DNA from: Prevotella sp. | GTDB lineage: Bacteria > Bacteroidota > Bacteroidia > Bacteroidales > Bacteroidaceae | DNA length: 64,000 nt | Direction: 5' to 3' | NCBI GenBank assembly: GCA_045616725.1 | Contig: JAZLHI010000129.1 | Location: forward strand, 3,414-67,413 | Shown: positions 1-8,484 of the stretch, one piece after another | Position numbering within the stretch: position 1 is the first letter of the stretch | Layout of the letters: every line of letters starts with the position of its first letter | The notes under the pieces: generated by a model | What the model saw: only the letters and a program-made list of their open reading frames with translations | Databases searched by the model: none | What the model was told of the DNA's origin: nothing | Made by a program: the position numbers and the translations under genes

Positions 1-22
1 ATACCTTATGGGTATCACTTTA

Positions 23-874
23 CTACTTCTTCTGTTGTTTGTTTATATATTCCTGGTAATCATTTTCACTCTCTGGCGATATCGTGCAGAACTCATCAAG
101 AGCAATATATGTAGGAGTGTTGATACCCCATTCACCCTTATCTGTTGAGTCGAAAGAGATGAGAATTTTCTCAACCCTACCGAGCAAGTAGAGAGGAAGC
201 TGAGTCCAAAGGTTGTCTGTGCCGTTAACGTTGACGAGTTTCTTGAAGCCATAACCATAGTAAGAGTCATACTGGAAGAGACTGCGACCCATGAAGAGGT
301 TGAAGTTGATTTCGCTATCTTTGATAGGTACACCTGCAGCATCACATCCCTGAATCTTAACATAAAGAGTATCTTTGTCAGTAAACGACTTTGCGTAGTC
401 ATCGCCATTTGTTACAGAGAGCATAGTGTATGTTGTAGGAGCGACGAACACTGTGTAAGGATAGAAAGCTTTGCCGTCCTTACGCTGGATGTAAGCTGTT
501 GAACCATAAGGAGGGTTGTAGATTAGGAACTGGTTGCCCTCTTTGTAGGAAGCAGAAAATACTGAGTATTGGTTTAAAGAGCCAGGAGTCTTGATGTCGT
601 TGTTGTTTGACACCGTGTAACCGGCGTTGTAAGGCTCGTCATATCCTTCAGTGTAGTAGTTCTGGAATACGAAGCCGTTCTCCGATTCGTAGGACTGTCC
701 AATCAATACACCTGGATATTTCCCTGTATTTGGAAGTGTAGCCTTATCGAAGCTAACAGTTTCGAATGTTACTGCAGGTGGGTTGTCGTTGTTGTCATCA
801 TTATCGCCGAGACAACTTGCGAGGCAGACAGTGAGTGCTGCCATCATTAATAGTTTAATAGTTTTCATATTCAT
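23..874 (-). CDS. Secreted lipoprotein, function unknown
   Basis: ORF 23..952. Best start is ATG 874 (MNMKTIKLLMMAALTVCLASC...), giving a lipoprotein signal peptide plus Cys followed by a D/N-rich linker. TAACTTTG -7 box at 895-902. Confidence 0.6.
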   Translation of the reverse strand: MNMKTIKLLMMAALTVCLASCLGDNDDNNDNPPAVTFETVSFDKATLPNTGKYPGVLIGQSYESENGFVFQNYYTEGYDEPYNAGYTVSNNNDIKTPGSLNQYSVFSASYKEGNQFLIYNPPYGSTAYIQRKDGKAFYPYTVFVAPTTYTMLSVTNGDDYAKSFTDKDTLYVKIQGCDAAGVPIKDSEINFNLFMGRSLFQYDSYYGYGFKKLVNVNGTDNLWTQLPLYLLGRVEKILISFDSTDKGEWGINTPTYIALDEFCTISPESENDYQEYINKQQKK

Positions 875-941
875 AGTTTTAAATTTTGCGGCTGCAAAGT
901 TACGATTAAGTGAGCGAAAAAGCAAATTTATTTGTATTAAT

Positions 942-1253
942 CTATCGCACATTTCTTATAACCCTGCCTTTTTCGTCGAACTTCACACCTTCTTCCTCCA
1001 GCATTACCCGCTTTCTGATAATCTCAGGACCTTCTTTCTGCCCATAGAACCCTCCGATTGACCCGTCGCTTGCCACGACTCTGTGGCATGGAACAACGGG
1101 AGCGAATGGATTCTTCCGAAGCGCCTGGCCAACAGCTTGTGCACATCGGCACCCTATCTGCTCTGCAATCTCGCCGTATGTGGCAACACTACCGCGAGGA
1201 ATCTGGCTGACAGCATCATACACCCGCTGCTGGAAGGGAGTAACTTTTGGCAT
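942..1253 (-). CDS. MGMT-family methylated-DNA--protein-cysteine methyltransferase (single domain, ~103 aa)
   Basis: Active-site PCHRVV motif with preceding RGSVATYGEIA helix. Start taken at MPKVTPFQ (ATG 1253), downstream of TACCTTTG box 1298-1305. Confidence 0.8.
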   Translation of the reverse strand: MPKVTPFQQRVYDAVSQIPRGSVATYGEIAEQIGCRCAQAVGQALRKNPFAPVVPCHRVVASDGSIGGFYGQKEGPEIIRKRVMLEEEGVKFDEKGRVIRNVR

Positions 1254-1508
1254 ATTATTAATGTGAAGTTTGTGTTTTTTTGATTTATTATTGCTTGCAA
1301 AGGTACGATTAAGCGAGTGAAATAGCAAATTTATTTGGGTATTTCCGAGCGTGAGTACCTAAAACGTCAGTTAAAGGTAGTTAATTTTATCATGAACATT
1401 GTGTTTTCCTGCCCTTTTCTTTTCTTATTCCAAATAAATACTTAACTTTGCACACGAAACGTGTATAATGAAATCGTAATAAAGCTATATTTAAAAAGAT
1501 AATAGACT

Positions 1509-1682
1509 ATGGCATTAGCAGTAAAAGCAATTCCTACCCTCTACGGAGAGGAAGCCCGTGAATTCCGCGATAGGGCCGACGAAGTAGAGCGTCGTTTCTT
1601 GGAGCGTCCAAGAAGGGATTTGAAAAATGATCCGAGGATTCAAGCGGTGCGCGAGATTCTTCGTAAAGGAGGTCTTTTATAA
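1509..1682 (+). CDS. 57-aa putative antitoxin (below the ORF-track length cutoff)
   Basis: ATG 1509 to TAA 1682 translates by hand to MALAVKAIPTLYGEEAREFRDRADEVERRFLERPRRDLKNDPRIQAVREILRKGGLL. TAACTTTG box at 1443-1450. The stop lies 3 nt before the GNAT toxin-like ORF. Confidence 0.45.
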   Translation: MALAVKAIPTLYGEEAREFRDRADEVERRFLERPRRDLKNDPRIQAVREILRKGGLL

Positions 1683-1685
1683 GAA

Positions 1686-2316
1686 GTGCATTTTATGGGA
1701 TTCCTCGCAGAGAAATGTACTATTAGTTTCTTCACGGAAGAAGAGTTCGATGATTGTCAACCATTCTCATGTGGTAAAGATGATGATATGGACGAGTTCT
1801 TCCGTAAGGATGTTTTTGACTATAACCATGGCTTGATGAGTAAAGCTTATTGTTTTCGTTTGGACGAAGACCCTTCGGTGATAGTCAGCTTGTTCACTCT
1901 TTCCAATGATAGCATTCGCATATATGACCTTCCGAGCTCCCCACGCAACAAGATGTGGAGTCACACACATCATGAGAAACTACTGAAGCGTTACCCGGGT
2001 GTTCTTATAGGACGTTTAGCAGTCAATGAAAAGTATGCAGGTGGGAATAGGTTCAGAGTGCATTGATATTATCTCACAGATGTTCCTCGATCCTTTGACT
2101 CGCACCGGCTGCCGTTTCATCATTGTCGATGCAAAGAATACACCGGAAGTAAAGTGCTTCTATGAGAAGAATGGTTTCTCCATGCTCTTCAAGAAAGAGA
2201 TGCAAGAAGACCTTTACACCAAACCTCCAAAGGACGAGGCTGAAAAAGCAGAACGTATTGCCAATCCTCGTCACCTTGAAACACGCCTAATGTTCAAGGA
2301 CTTGCTGGAGGAATAG
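1686..2316 (+). pseudogene. GNAT acetyltransferase toxin (TacT/KacT-like), frameshifted
   Basis: ORF 1686..2066 carries the FSCGKDDDMDEFF and RLAVNEKYAG motifs. The acetyl-CoA loop and C-terminus (GIGSECIDIIS...FYEKNGF) continue in the +1 frame in ORF 2026..2316. The frames switch within ggtggga at about 2040-2046. Confidence 0.6.
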
Positions 2317-2772
2317 AAACAGATTACAAATATATAACATAGAGTCAAACCCTTAATCCTATAAAATAAGTCTTAGCTTCGGCTTAGACACTACGAAACA
2401 GAAAAGAATCCATGCCACTGCGATCGTTATGAGAGGTCAGAGAGTGGCAGACATAGTATAAATAATGCATTGACTATTATTTTGCGTTCACCTGAAAAGC
2501 CTCGGAAACTCGTAAGGAAATAAGAACAGCCAAAATGATGGTTGGTATTCTCGGATAGTGAGGATACTTGTCATCAGCTAAAAAGAGTAGTTAATGTCTA
2601 TACCAATTAGGTGTAGACATTTTCTTCGTAAGCTGATGACAGGTTTCCATTCCGAGGCTGCCTGGGTGAACGCATAAGAAGGGTGTTTGCACCTTATTTT
2701 TGTGTTCATTCTCACCAACATGAGTAAGTATCTCTTGCGTGATTTGATAGTTGTGCGAATCAAATCTTTTTT

Positions 2773-3822
2773 ATGAGATACATTGGTTGTAAAACTCTAA
2801 TGTTGGAAAACATAATTAATGTCGTTCGCGAACGTACTGAGAATGTTCGGTCAATAACCGATGTGTTCTCAGGAACTGGTGTTGTGGCAAAAGCTTTTAA
2901 GGATTTAGGGTATTCAGTAAATTCAAATGATATTCTGTATTTCTCTTATGTGCTTAACAAGGGGGCAATTGAACAGTATGCTCCCATAGGCAACGGTATA
3001 AAGAACATCATAACTCATTTGAACAATTTGTCGATAGAGAATGCCACTTGGTTTGAGATCGAAAATGCTTTTATCTACCAGAATTACTCACCGCATGAAG
3101 GTTGTGAGAGAATGTATTTACAGTGCAACAACGCTATTAAGATTGATTTAGTCCGTCAAGAAATTGAACGGCTGAGAAATCAAGTGTCTGAATCAGAGTA
3201 CTATTATCTTTTGTCGTTGCTTATAAATGCTGTACCTTACGTTTCAAACATAACGGGTACTTATGGTGCATATCTAAAATATTGGGATAATAGGACTTAT
3301 AATACACTTTATTTGGAAGAAATAGAAATACAACCAAGTGAAGCAGAGTGTCATTGCTATAATTTAGATGCAATGTCATTGGCTAATCAAATAGAATCTG
3401 ACCTTGTATATTTGGATCCCCCATACAATGGGAGGCAGTATTTGCCGAACTATCATCTTTTGGAGACAATAGCCCGTTATGATAATCCTACAATCAAGGG
3501 TGTAACTGGTATGCGTGATGACCCTGAAAAGATGTCAGACTTCTGTAAGAAATCTAAGGCTAAACGTGCATTTGAAGAATTGCTTGATTCTTTGAATTGT
3601 AGATACATATTGCTTTCGTACAATAATGAAGCATTGCTCTCAACCGAAGAAATGTCTGAGATTGTAAAGAATGCTGGTATTGCAGACACCTTTACCCTAT
3701 ATGAATATGACTACAGAAGGTACAAAAATAAGATTCCCAATAATAAAAAAGGACTTAAAGAACAATTGTATTTTGTTGAAAAGAAAGATGATAAAGTCAC
3801 CACTAAACTACATAGGTGGTAA
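2773..3822 (+). CDS. D12-class (Dam-like) N6-adenine DNA methyltransferase, M1 of a Type IIS system
   Basis: N-terminal MRYIGCK, SAM-binding FSGTGVV and catalytic DPPY (VYLDPPYNGRQY). Confidence 0.85.
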   Translation: MRYIGCKTLMLENIINVVRERTENVRSITDVFSGTGVVAKAFKDLGYSVNSNDILYFSYVLNKGAIEQYAPIGNGIKNIITHLNNLSIENATWFEIENAFIYQNYSPHEGCERMYLQCNNAIKIDLVRQEIERLRNQVSESEYYYLLSLLINAVPYVSNITGTYGAYLKYWDNRTYNTLYLEEIEIQPSEAECHCYNLDAMSLANQIESDLVYLDPPYNGRQYLPNYHLLETIARYDNPTIKGVTGMRDDPEKMSDFCKKSKAKRAFEELLDSLNCRYILLSYNNEALLSTEEMSEIVKNAGIADTFTLYEYDYRRYKNKIPNNKKGLKEQLYFVEKKDDKVTTKLHRW

Positions 3823-4621
3823 GTATAGATTATTACCACAAATATTACCTCTGTTTCCAGAACAGATTAATTGCTTTGTTGATTTGTTTGCTGGTGGACT
3901 TGATGTGTCCATAAATGTGAATGCAGAGCATGTGATATGTAATGATATAAACCATTATGTCATAGGATTGTTTGAGTATTTTCAGCATTATGAAATTGAA
4001 GAGTTGATAAATAATATCCATGCGGTAATTGATAAGTATGGACTATCTAAACAAAATCGTGAAGGCTATAACGCTTTGCGGAAAGAGTTTAACAGAACGC
4101 ATTCATCTCTACATTTATTCCTGCTTATTTGTTATGGTTTTAATCACCAGTTTAGGTTTAACAGTAACGGTGAGTTTAACAATCCATTTGGCATCAATAG
4201 AAGTTCTTATAATACAAATACTGAGAGAAATCTCAGACAAATGCATGAAGCTATTAAGGGTTTTGAATATCATATCGGAAACTTCCGTCAATTTGATTTA
4301 GCATTCATGACTCCTGGGGATTTTCTTTATGCCGATCCTCCATACCTAATTTCATGCGGTTCTTACAATGATGGCAAGAGGGGATTTGAGGGGTGGTGTC
4401 CCAATGATGATTTCGCATTGTTTGAAAAACTAGATGACCTCAATCAACGTGGAATCAGCTTTGCTCTTTCAAATGTCATTAGACATAAGGGACAAGAAAA
4501 TGTTGGATTGATTGATTGGGCAAACAATTATAATATCCATTATTTAAACGCAGATTATTCAAATTCTAATTATCAAGCCACTACAAGTGAAACAATTGAA
4601 GTGCTTGTAACAAATTATTAA
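3788..4621 (+). CDS. D12-class N6-adenine DNA methyltransferase, M2 of a Type IIS system
   Basis: Start at MIKSPLNYIGGKYRLLPQI (ATG 3788, overlapping the M1 end by 35 nt). Has FAGGLDV and ADPPY motifs. Confidence 0.85.
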   Translation: MIKSPLNYIGGKYRLLPQILPLFPEQINCFVDLFAGGLDVSINVNAEHVICNDINHYVIGLFEYFQHYEIEELINNIHAVIDKYGLSKQNREGYNALRKEFNRTHSSLHLFLLICYGFNHQFRFNSNGEFNNPFGINRSSYNTNTERNLRQMHEAIKGFEYHIGNFRQFDLAFMTPGDFLYADPPYLISCGSYNDGKRGFEGWCPNDDFALFEKLDDLNQRGISFALSNVIRHKGQENVGLIDWANNYNIHYLNADYSNSNYQATTSETIEVLVTNY

Positions 4622-4624
4622 TAT

Positions 4625-6403
4625 ATGGCTAATAGAACTTTTGGTTGGGTGCAGAATCCATCTTCAACAGATACTTTAAGAGATATACTAAGTCTGTTTG
4701 TACCAGGCTCACAATTTCACACCTATATGGTTAATGAAAGATTGCCTCTGTTGTCAAGTGCAAATCTGCTCAAAACGAAAAATTTGTATATGGACTTTCA
4801 AAAGATACTTCGTACTAATAAGCCTATTGCCTATGACGTATTAAAAGGTCAGGGTGCTGGTGGTGGAAGTCGCTCTAACGCAAAATGCTCTGGGCTTGTA
4901 CAAGCAGCTGTTACTGGTCAGCAATTCAAGGAATACATTGTTGATGGCAGAAAGATTAGAATCAAAAAACCATATACTGACGATTGGACGGCTGACGGCT
5001 TCTTGCGTTGGGCAGTATCCTTAGGATTCCTTGACTACAACTATGCTGATGATACATGCAGCATAACTCAAAGTGGTGTGGATTTTGTTAAAGCAAGTAC
5101 ATCAAAAGAGAAAAAAGAGATTTTGGGCAAGGCTTTTCTTGCGTACCCTCCAGTGTGCCGAGTTTTGGGCTTGTTGAAAAGCCATGGTCACATGACTAAA
5201 TTTGAAATAGGTGCAAGACTTGGTTTTACAGACGAAGCCGGATTTACTTCATTTCCACAAAATATCTGGGTACAAGCATACGAAGAAACAACTGATTCTG
5301 AAGAAAAGAAAAAACTACGCTCTGATACGGAAGGCTCTTCTGATAAGTATGCAAGAATGATATGTGGTTGGTTGGAAGCAATCAACTGGGTATCTAAGTG
5401 CCCAAAAATGGTTACGGAAACTTTTGGAGGCAAGACTTACCACTGTGAGATATCATCAGCATATGAAATTACTGCGATGGGTATAATAAACTATCATAAA
5501 GCGATTGGAAAATCTAAGAGCTCAAGAATACCTAAGATTGTTTATCGAGAAATGCTGGCAAGTAAAGCGTCTGACGCGAACTACCTTAGAATGAGGCGTT
5601 CTTTGATAGTTGGCTATCTCAGTAATCATACACCAAGGTCAATAGACGAGATTCAGGGTTATTTGAACTCCAAGCAGATAAAAGAGCACCTATCCATATT
5701 AAGAGATGACATGGCTGGTCTTATTAATATAGGTATGGACATAGAAATGGTTGGTGATAAGTACAGATTGAACGATAATGTCTTGAAGCTTACTGCATAT
5801 TCTAAAAACGTTACTAAGGAAATCTCTGATGCGGTTGAAGTTAAGGACAGAGTGAGAACCAAACTCTCGAACATTGACCATAAGTATCTCACACTTATAG
5901 ATTACGCATTTTCGGGAAAAGATAAGTGTGTTGATTTTGAAATATACACAATTGACCTTTTGGTGAATGAATTGAAATTCAATGGCGTACATCTTGGGGG
6001 AACAAGAAAACCAGATGGAATCTTCTATCAAGGTGACAAAGGGGTAATAATTGACAATAAAGCTTACTCTAAGGGCTTTACTATTACGAGAGCCATGGCG
6101 GATGAAATGACAAGATATGTTCAAGAAAATAATGATAGGAATGAGGCACGAAATCCTAATCAATGGTGGCTCAGCTTTGAAAGTTCTGTAAATAAGTTCA
6201 ATTTCGTCTTTATTTCATCTCTGTTTAAAGGGGAAGTTGAACAAATGTTAAATAACATAAAGCAAAGTTCTGGCATAGACGGTTGTGCATTAACTGCTGA
6301 AAACTTGTTGTACTTCGCAGATGCAATAAAGGGAGGTTCTCTTGATAGATATGAGTTCATTAATAAATTCGGAGTTAACCGAGAATTGATGTGTACAACA
6401 TAA
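4625..6403 (+). CDS. Type IIS restriction endonuclease, FokI family
   Basis: The C-terminus matches the FokI cleavage domain as I recall it. Here: GGTRKPDGIFY..GVIIDNKAYSKGF..ADEMTRYVQEN..NPNQWW..FNFVFISSLFKG. FokI: GGSRKPDGAIY..GVIVDTKAYSGGY..ADEMQRYVEEN..NPNEWW..FKFLFVSGHFKG. The D...D-x-K catalytic residues are kept. The N-terminal recognition region is also FokI-like (RTFGWVQNP, DGFLRWA, EGSSDKYARMI-GWL). Confidence 0.9.
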   Translation: MANRTFGWVQNPSSTDTLRDILSLFVPGSQFHTYMVNERLPLLSSANLLKTKNLYMDFQKILRTNKPIAYDVLKGQGAGGGSRSNAKCSGLVQAAVTGQQFKEYIVDGRKIRIKKPYTDDWTADGFLRWAVSLGFLDYNYADDTCSITQSGVDFVKASTSKEKKEILGKAFLAYPPVCRVLGLLKSHGHMTKFEIGARLGFTDEAGFTSFPQNIWVQAYEETTDSEEKKKLRSDTEGSSDKYARMICGWLEAINWVSKCPKMVTETFGGKTYHCEISSAYEITAMGIINYHKAIGKSKSSRIPKIVYREMLASKASDANYLRMRRSLIVGYLSNHTPRSIDEIQGYLNSKQIKEHLSILRDDMAGLINIGMDIEMVGDKYRLNDNVLKLTAYSKNVTKEISDAVEVKDRVRTKLSNIDHKYLTLIDYAFSGKDKCVDFEIYTIDLLVNELKFNGVHLGGTRKPDGIFYQGDKGVIIDNKAYSKGFTITRAMADEMTRYVQENNDRNEARNPNQWWLSFESSVNKFNFVFISSLFKGEVEQMLNNIKQSSGIDGCALTAENLLYFADAIKGGSLDRYEFINKFGVNRELMCTT

Positions 6404-6416
6404 ATGAATCATTTGT

Positions 6417-7589
6417 ATGGAAGAAGATTTCGTCGTAAAGCTAGGAGATTGTATGCAAGAGATTCCGATGTTGGACACTCATGTTGACATGATATTTGCT
6501 GATTCTCCTTATTTCCTGTCTTCAGGCAATGGCACCGTCAAGATAAATGGCAGATACATCAACTTTGATAAAGGTAAGTGGGATAGACAACGGTCAAAAG
6601 AAGAGATCTACGACTTCAATAAGCGTTGGCTCACCTTGTGTCGAGAGCGTCTGAAAGACTCTGGAACGATTTGGGTGTGTGGCACGTATCATAATATCTT
6701 TGAGGTGGCCGAATGCTTGAAGGATTTGGGATTCAAAATCTTGAATATGATTGTGTGGCAGAAGTCGGATCCACCTAAGACTTTGACCGACCAACGATTC
6801 AACTTCTCTGCTGAATACATCATCTGGGCACGCAAATGCGAGAAGGTGCCCCACTTCTTCAATTATGAATCCATGGAGCGTATGAATAATGGTGTCCACA
6901 TGCCTGATGTGTGGAAGTTGCCAGCTCCTGGCCATTGGGAGAAGACCTGTGGCAAACATCCTACTCAGAAGCCTCTGCGTTTGCTTTACCGGATTATTCT
7001 TGCTTCCACACGAGAAGGTGAAACCATTCTCGATCCGTTTGCAGGCAGTTGTACTACAGGTATTGCCGCCAACCTTCTTGGGCGTAAGTTCATAGGCATT
7101 GACCAAGATGAAAAGTATCTACAATTAGGTATTCGGCGTCGTGAAGAAATCAACAATCCTGATGTGGCACAGAAGATATTCGAACGTATGTCGGAGAATC
7201 CCGAAGAGGTGCAAGTGATTGTGAATCATGCTCGACCAGATTTATTGAAATTGATGATAGAGAAAGGCATCTGTTACTTACGTGCTGGCGATTCAAAGGG
7301 TTCTGTATTAGTTACTCCAGGCTTTGAGCGAACGGGATATGTTCTACTGCACTCAGGAGGGAAGGACTGTCATTTGTTCAAGTTGAAGCGGAAAGGCTGC
7401 TTCCAGATATGGACAAAAGAGACGTTGGAAGAACATGGTTTTCATCCTGAACATGCCTCGTATTATCAGGTATTTCATTTCGACAATTCCAAAGAGGTCC
7501 CTTTTACTCGTGAACCTAGACTTCTGCAAGGTATCAATACCTACCGCTCTAAAATAAGACCATTATCAGATTTCATTGGCATACGATAA
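6417..7589 (+). CDS. Beta-class N4/N6 DNA methyltransferase with an extra ~145-aa C-terminal domain
   Basis: GDCMQEIP...DMIFADSPYF (motif IV region), HPTQKPLRLL and ILDPFAGSCTTGIAA (motif I). Residues from about 245 onward have no motif I recognise. Confidence 0.8.
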   Translation: MEEDFVVKLGDCMQEIPMLDTHVDMIFADSPYFLSSGNGTVKINGRYINFDKGKWDRQRSKEEIYDFNKRWLTLCRERLKDSGTIWVCGTYHNIFEVAECLKDLGFKILNMIVWQKSDPPKTLTDQRFNFSAEYIIWARKCEKVPHFFNYESMERMNNGVHMPDVWKLPAPGHWEKTCGKHPTQKPLRLLYRIILASTREGETILDPFAGSCTTGIAANLLGRKFIGIDQDEKYLQLGIRRREEINNPDVAQKIFERMSENPEEVQVIVNHARPDLLKLMIEKGICYLRAGDSKGSVLVTPGFERTGYVLLHSGGKDCHLFKLKRKGCFQIWTKETLEEHGFHPEHASYYQVFHFDNSKEVPFTREPRLLQGINTYRSKIRPLSDFIGIR

Positions 7590-7640
7590 AAGACTATAGC
7601 ACATACAATGACAGAGGAACGCTTCTCCTTCATAAATATT

Positions 7641-7685
7641 GGCAGAAAGAGGTACTTTCGTACTTTTTTCTGCCATTTTGTTTTG
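7641..7685 (+). terminator. Intrinsic terminator of the R-M gene block
   Basis: Hairpin ggcagaaagaggtac-tttc-gtacttttttctgcc followed by attttgttttg. Confidence 0.7.
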
Positions 7686-7838
7686 TATTGTTGTAAAAAA
7701 GGTAACCCTGCTGCCGAAAAAGTGTTCTGCGCATTTAACACTTTTGCCCTAAATCTGTTATTTACGCAGAACACTTTCATCTTGAATCATGTGACGAGAG
7801 ATGGTTTTCCTTCACGTAATCTAATGAATCTTGAGATA

Positions 7839-7990
7839 GCCTACACCCCTACATCTTTTTTCGTAAAGTGCTGGAATGAGAAAGGTTATGAGGTGTAGGT
7901 GGGGTGTAGGCAAAAATGGAGCCTACACCGAAACCCCTAAAAACCCTAATGGATAAAGGGAATCTCAGTGTTTTGGTGTAGGGTGTAGGC
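7839..7990. repeat. Word-hairpin element, CCTACAC/GGTGTAG type
   Basis: gcctacacccctaca (7839-7853) pairs with ggtgtaggtggggtgtaggc (7892-7911). gcctacacc (7921-7929) pairs with ggtgtagggtgtaggc (7975-7990). Confidence 0.7.
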
Positions 7991-8209
7991 AAATCGATAA
8001 AATTCATTATGGTCCTTAAACCCATTTGGGTTTAATATTCATTAGGAATACGGTGCAAGATCCTTACGAATACAAAAATATCCGTGGGACTTACGACTCG
8101 TATTCGTGGCAGTTATGAGTCATATTTCTAAGGAATATGACTCATTTTTCATAATATGATTAGTGTAGTGGTGTTGGCTGTTTTAAATTTCTGAGAAATT
8201 GCACTACAA

Positions 8210-8409
8210 CTCCTCACTCCTCACCAATAGCACGTTAAACGCTGACTATCAATAAGTTGGAAGGGTGATGAGTTGCTTGTGACTCCTCACCACTCCTCAC
8301 CGACTCGTCACCAGAAATGTATAGGGTGACGGCACTCGTCACCTACTCGTCACCGCGTAACAATCTGAATGTTAGTTTGTTACAAGGGAATGTGACGAGT
8401 GATGAGTGA
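8210..8409. repeat. Word-hairpin element, CTCNTCACC/GGTGANGAG type
   Basis: At least 9 direct or inverted copies of the word. Its architecture can be aligned to the elements at 18468-18682 and 47493-47707. Confidence 0.7.
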
Positions 8410-8442
8410 TTTTAATTTGTGCCAGAATGTATGATTCTATGT

Positions 8443-8484
8443 TAAAAAACAATGTGGCGCACAAGTCGAAACCTGTGCGCCACA
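8443..8484 (-). terminator. Intrinsic terminator of the rnf operon
   Basis: Minus strand: tgtggcgcacagg-tttcgac-ttgtgcgccaca followed by ttgtttttt. Confidence 0.8.

Noticed and set aside
7608-7898. 96-aa ORF (and 7541..7780 on the other strand) downstream of the third methylase
   Set aside because: It spans the terminator hairpin and the word-repeat element. It has no start context and an odd composition. I treat the region as non-coding.
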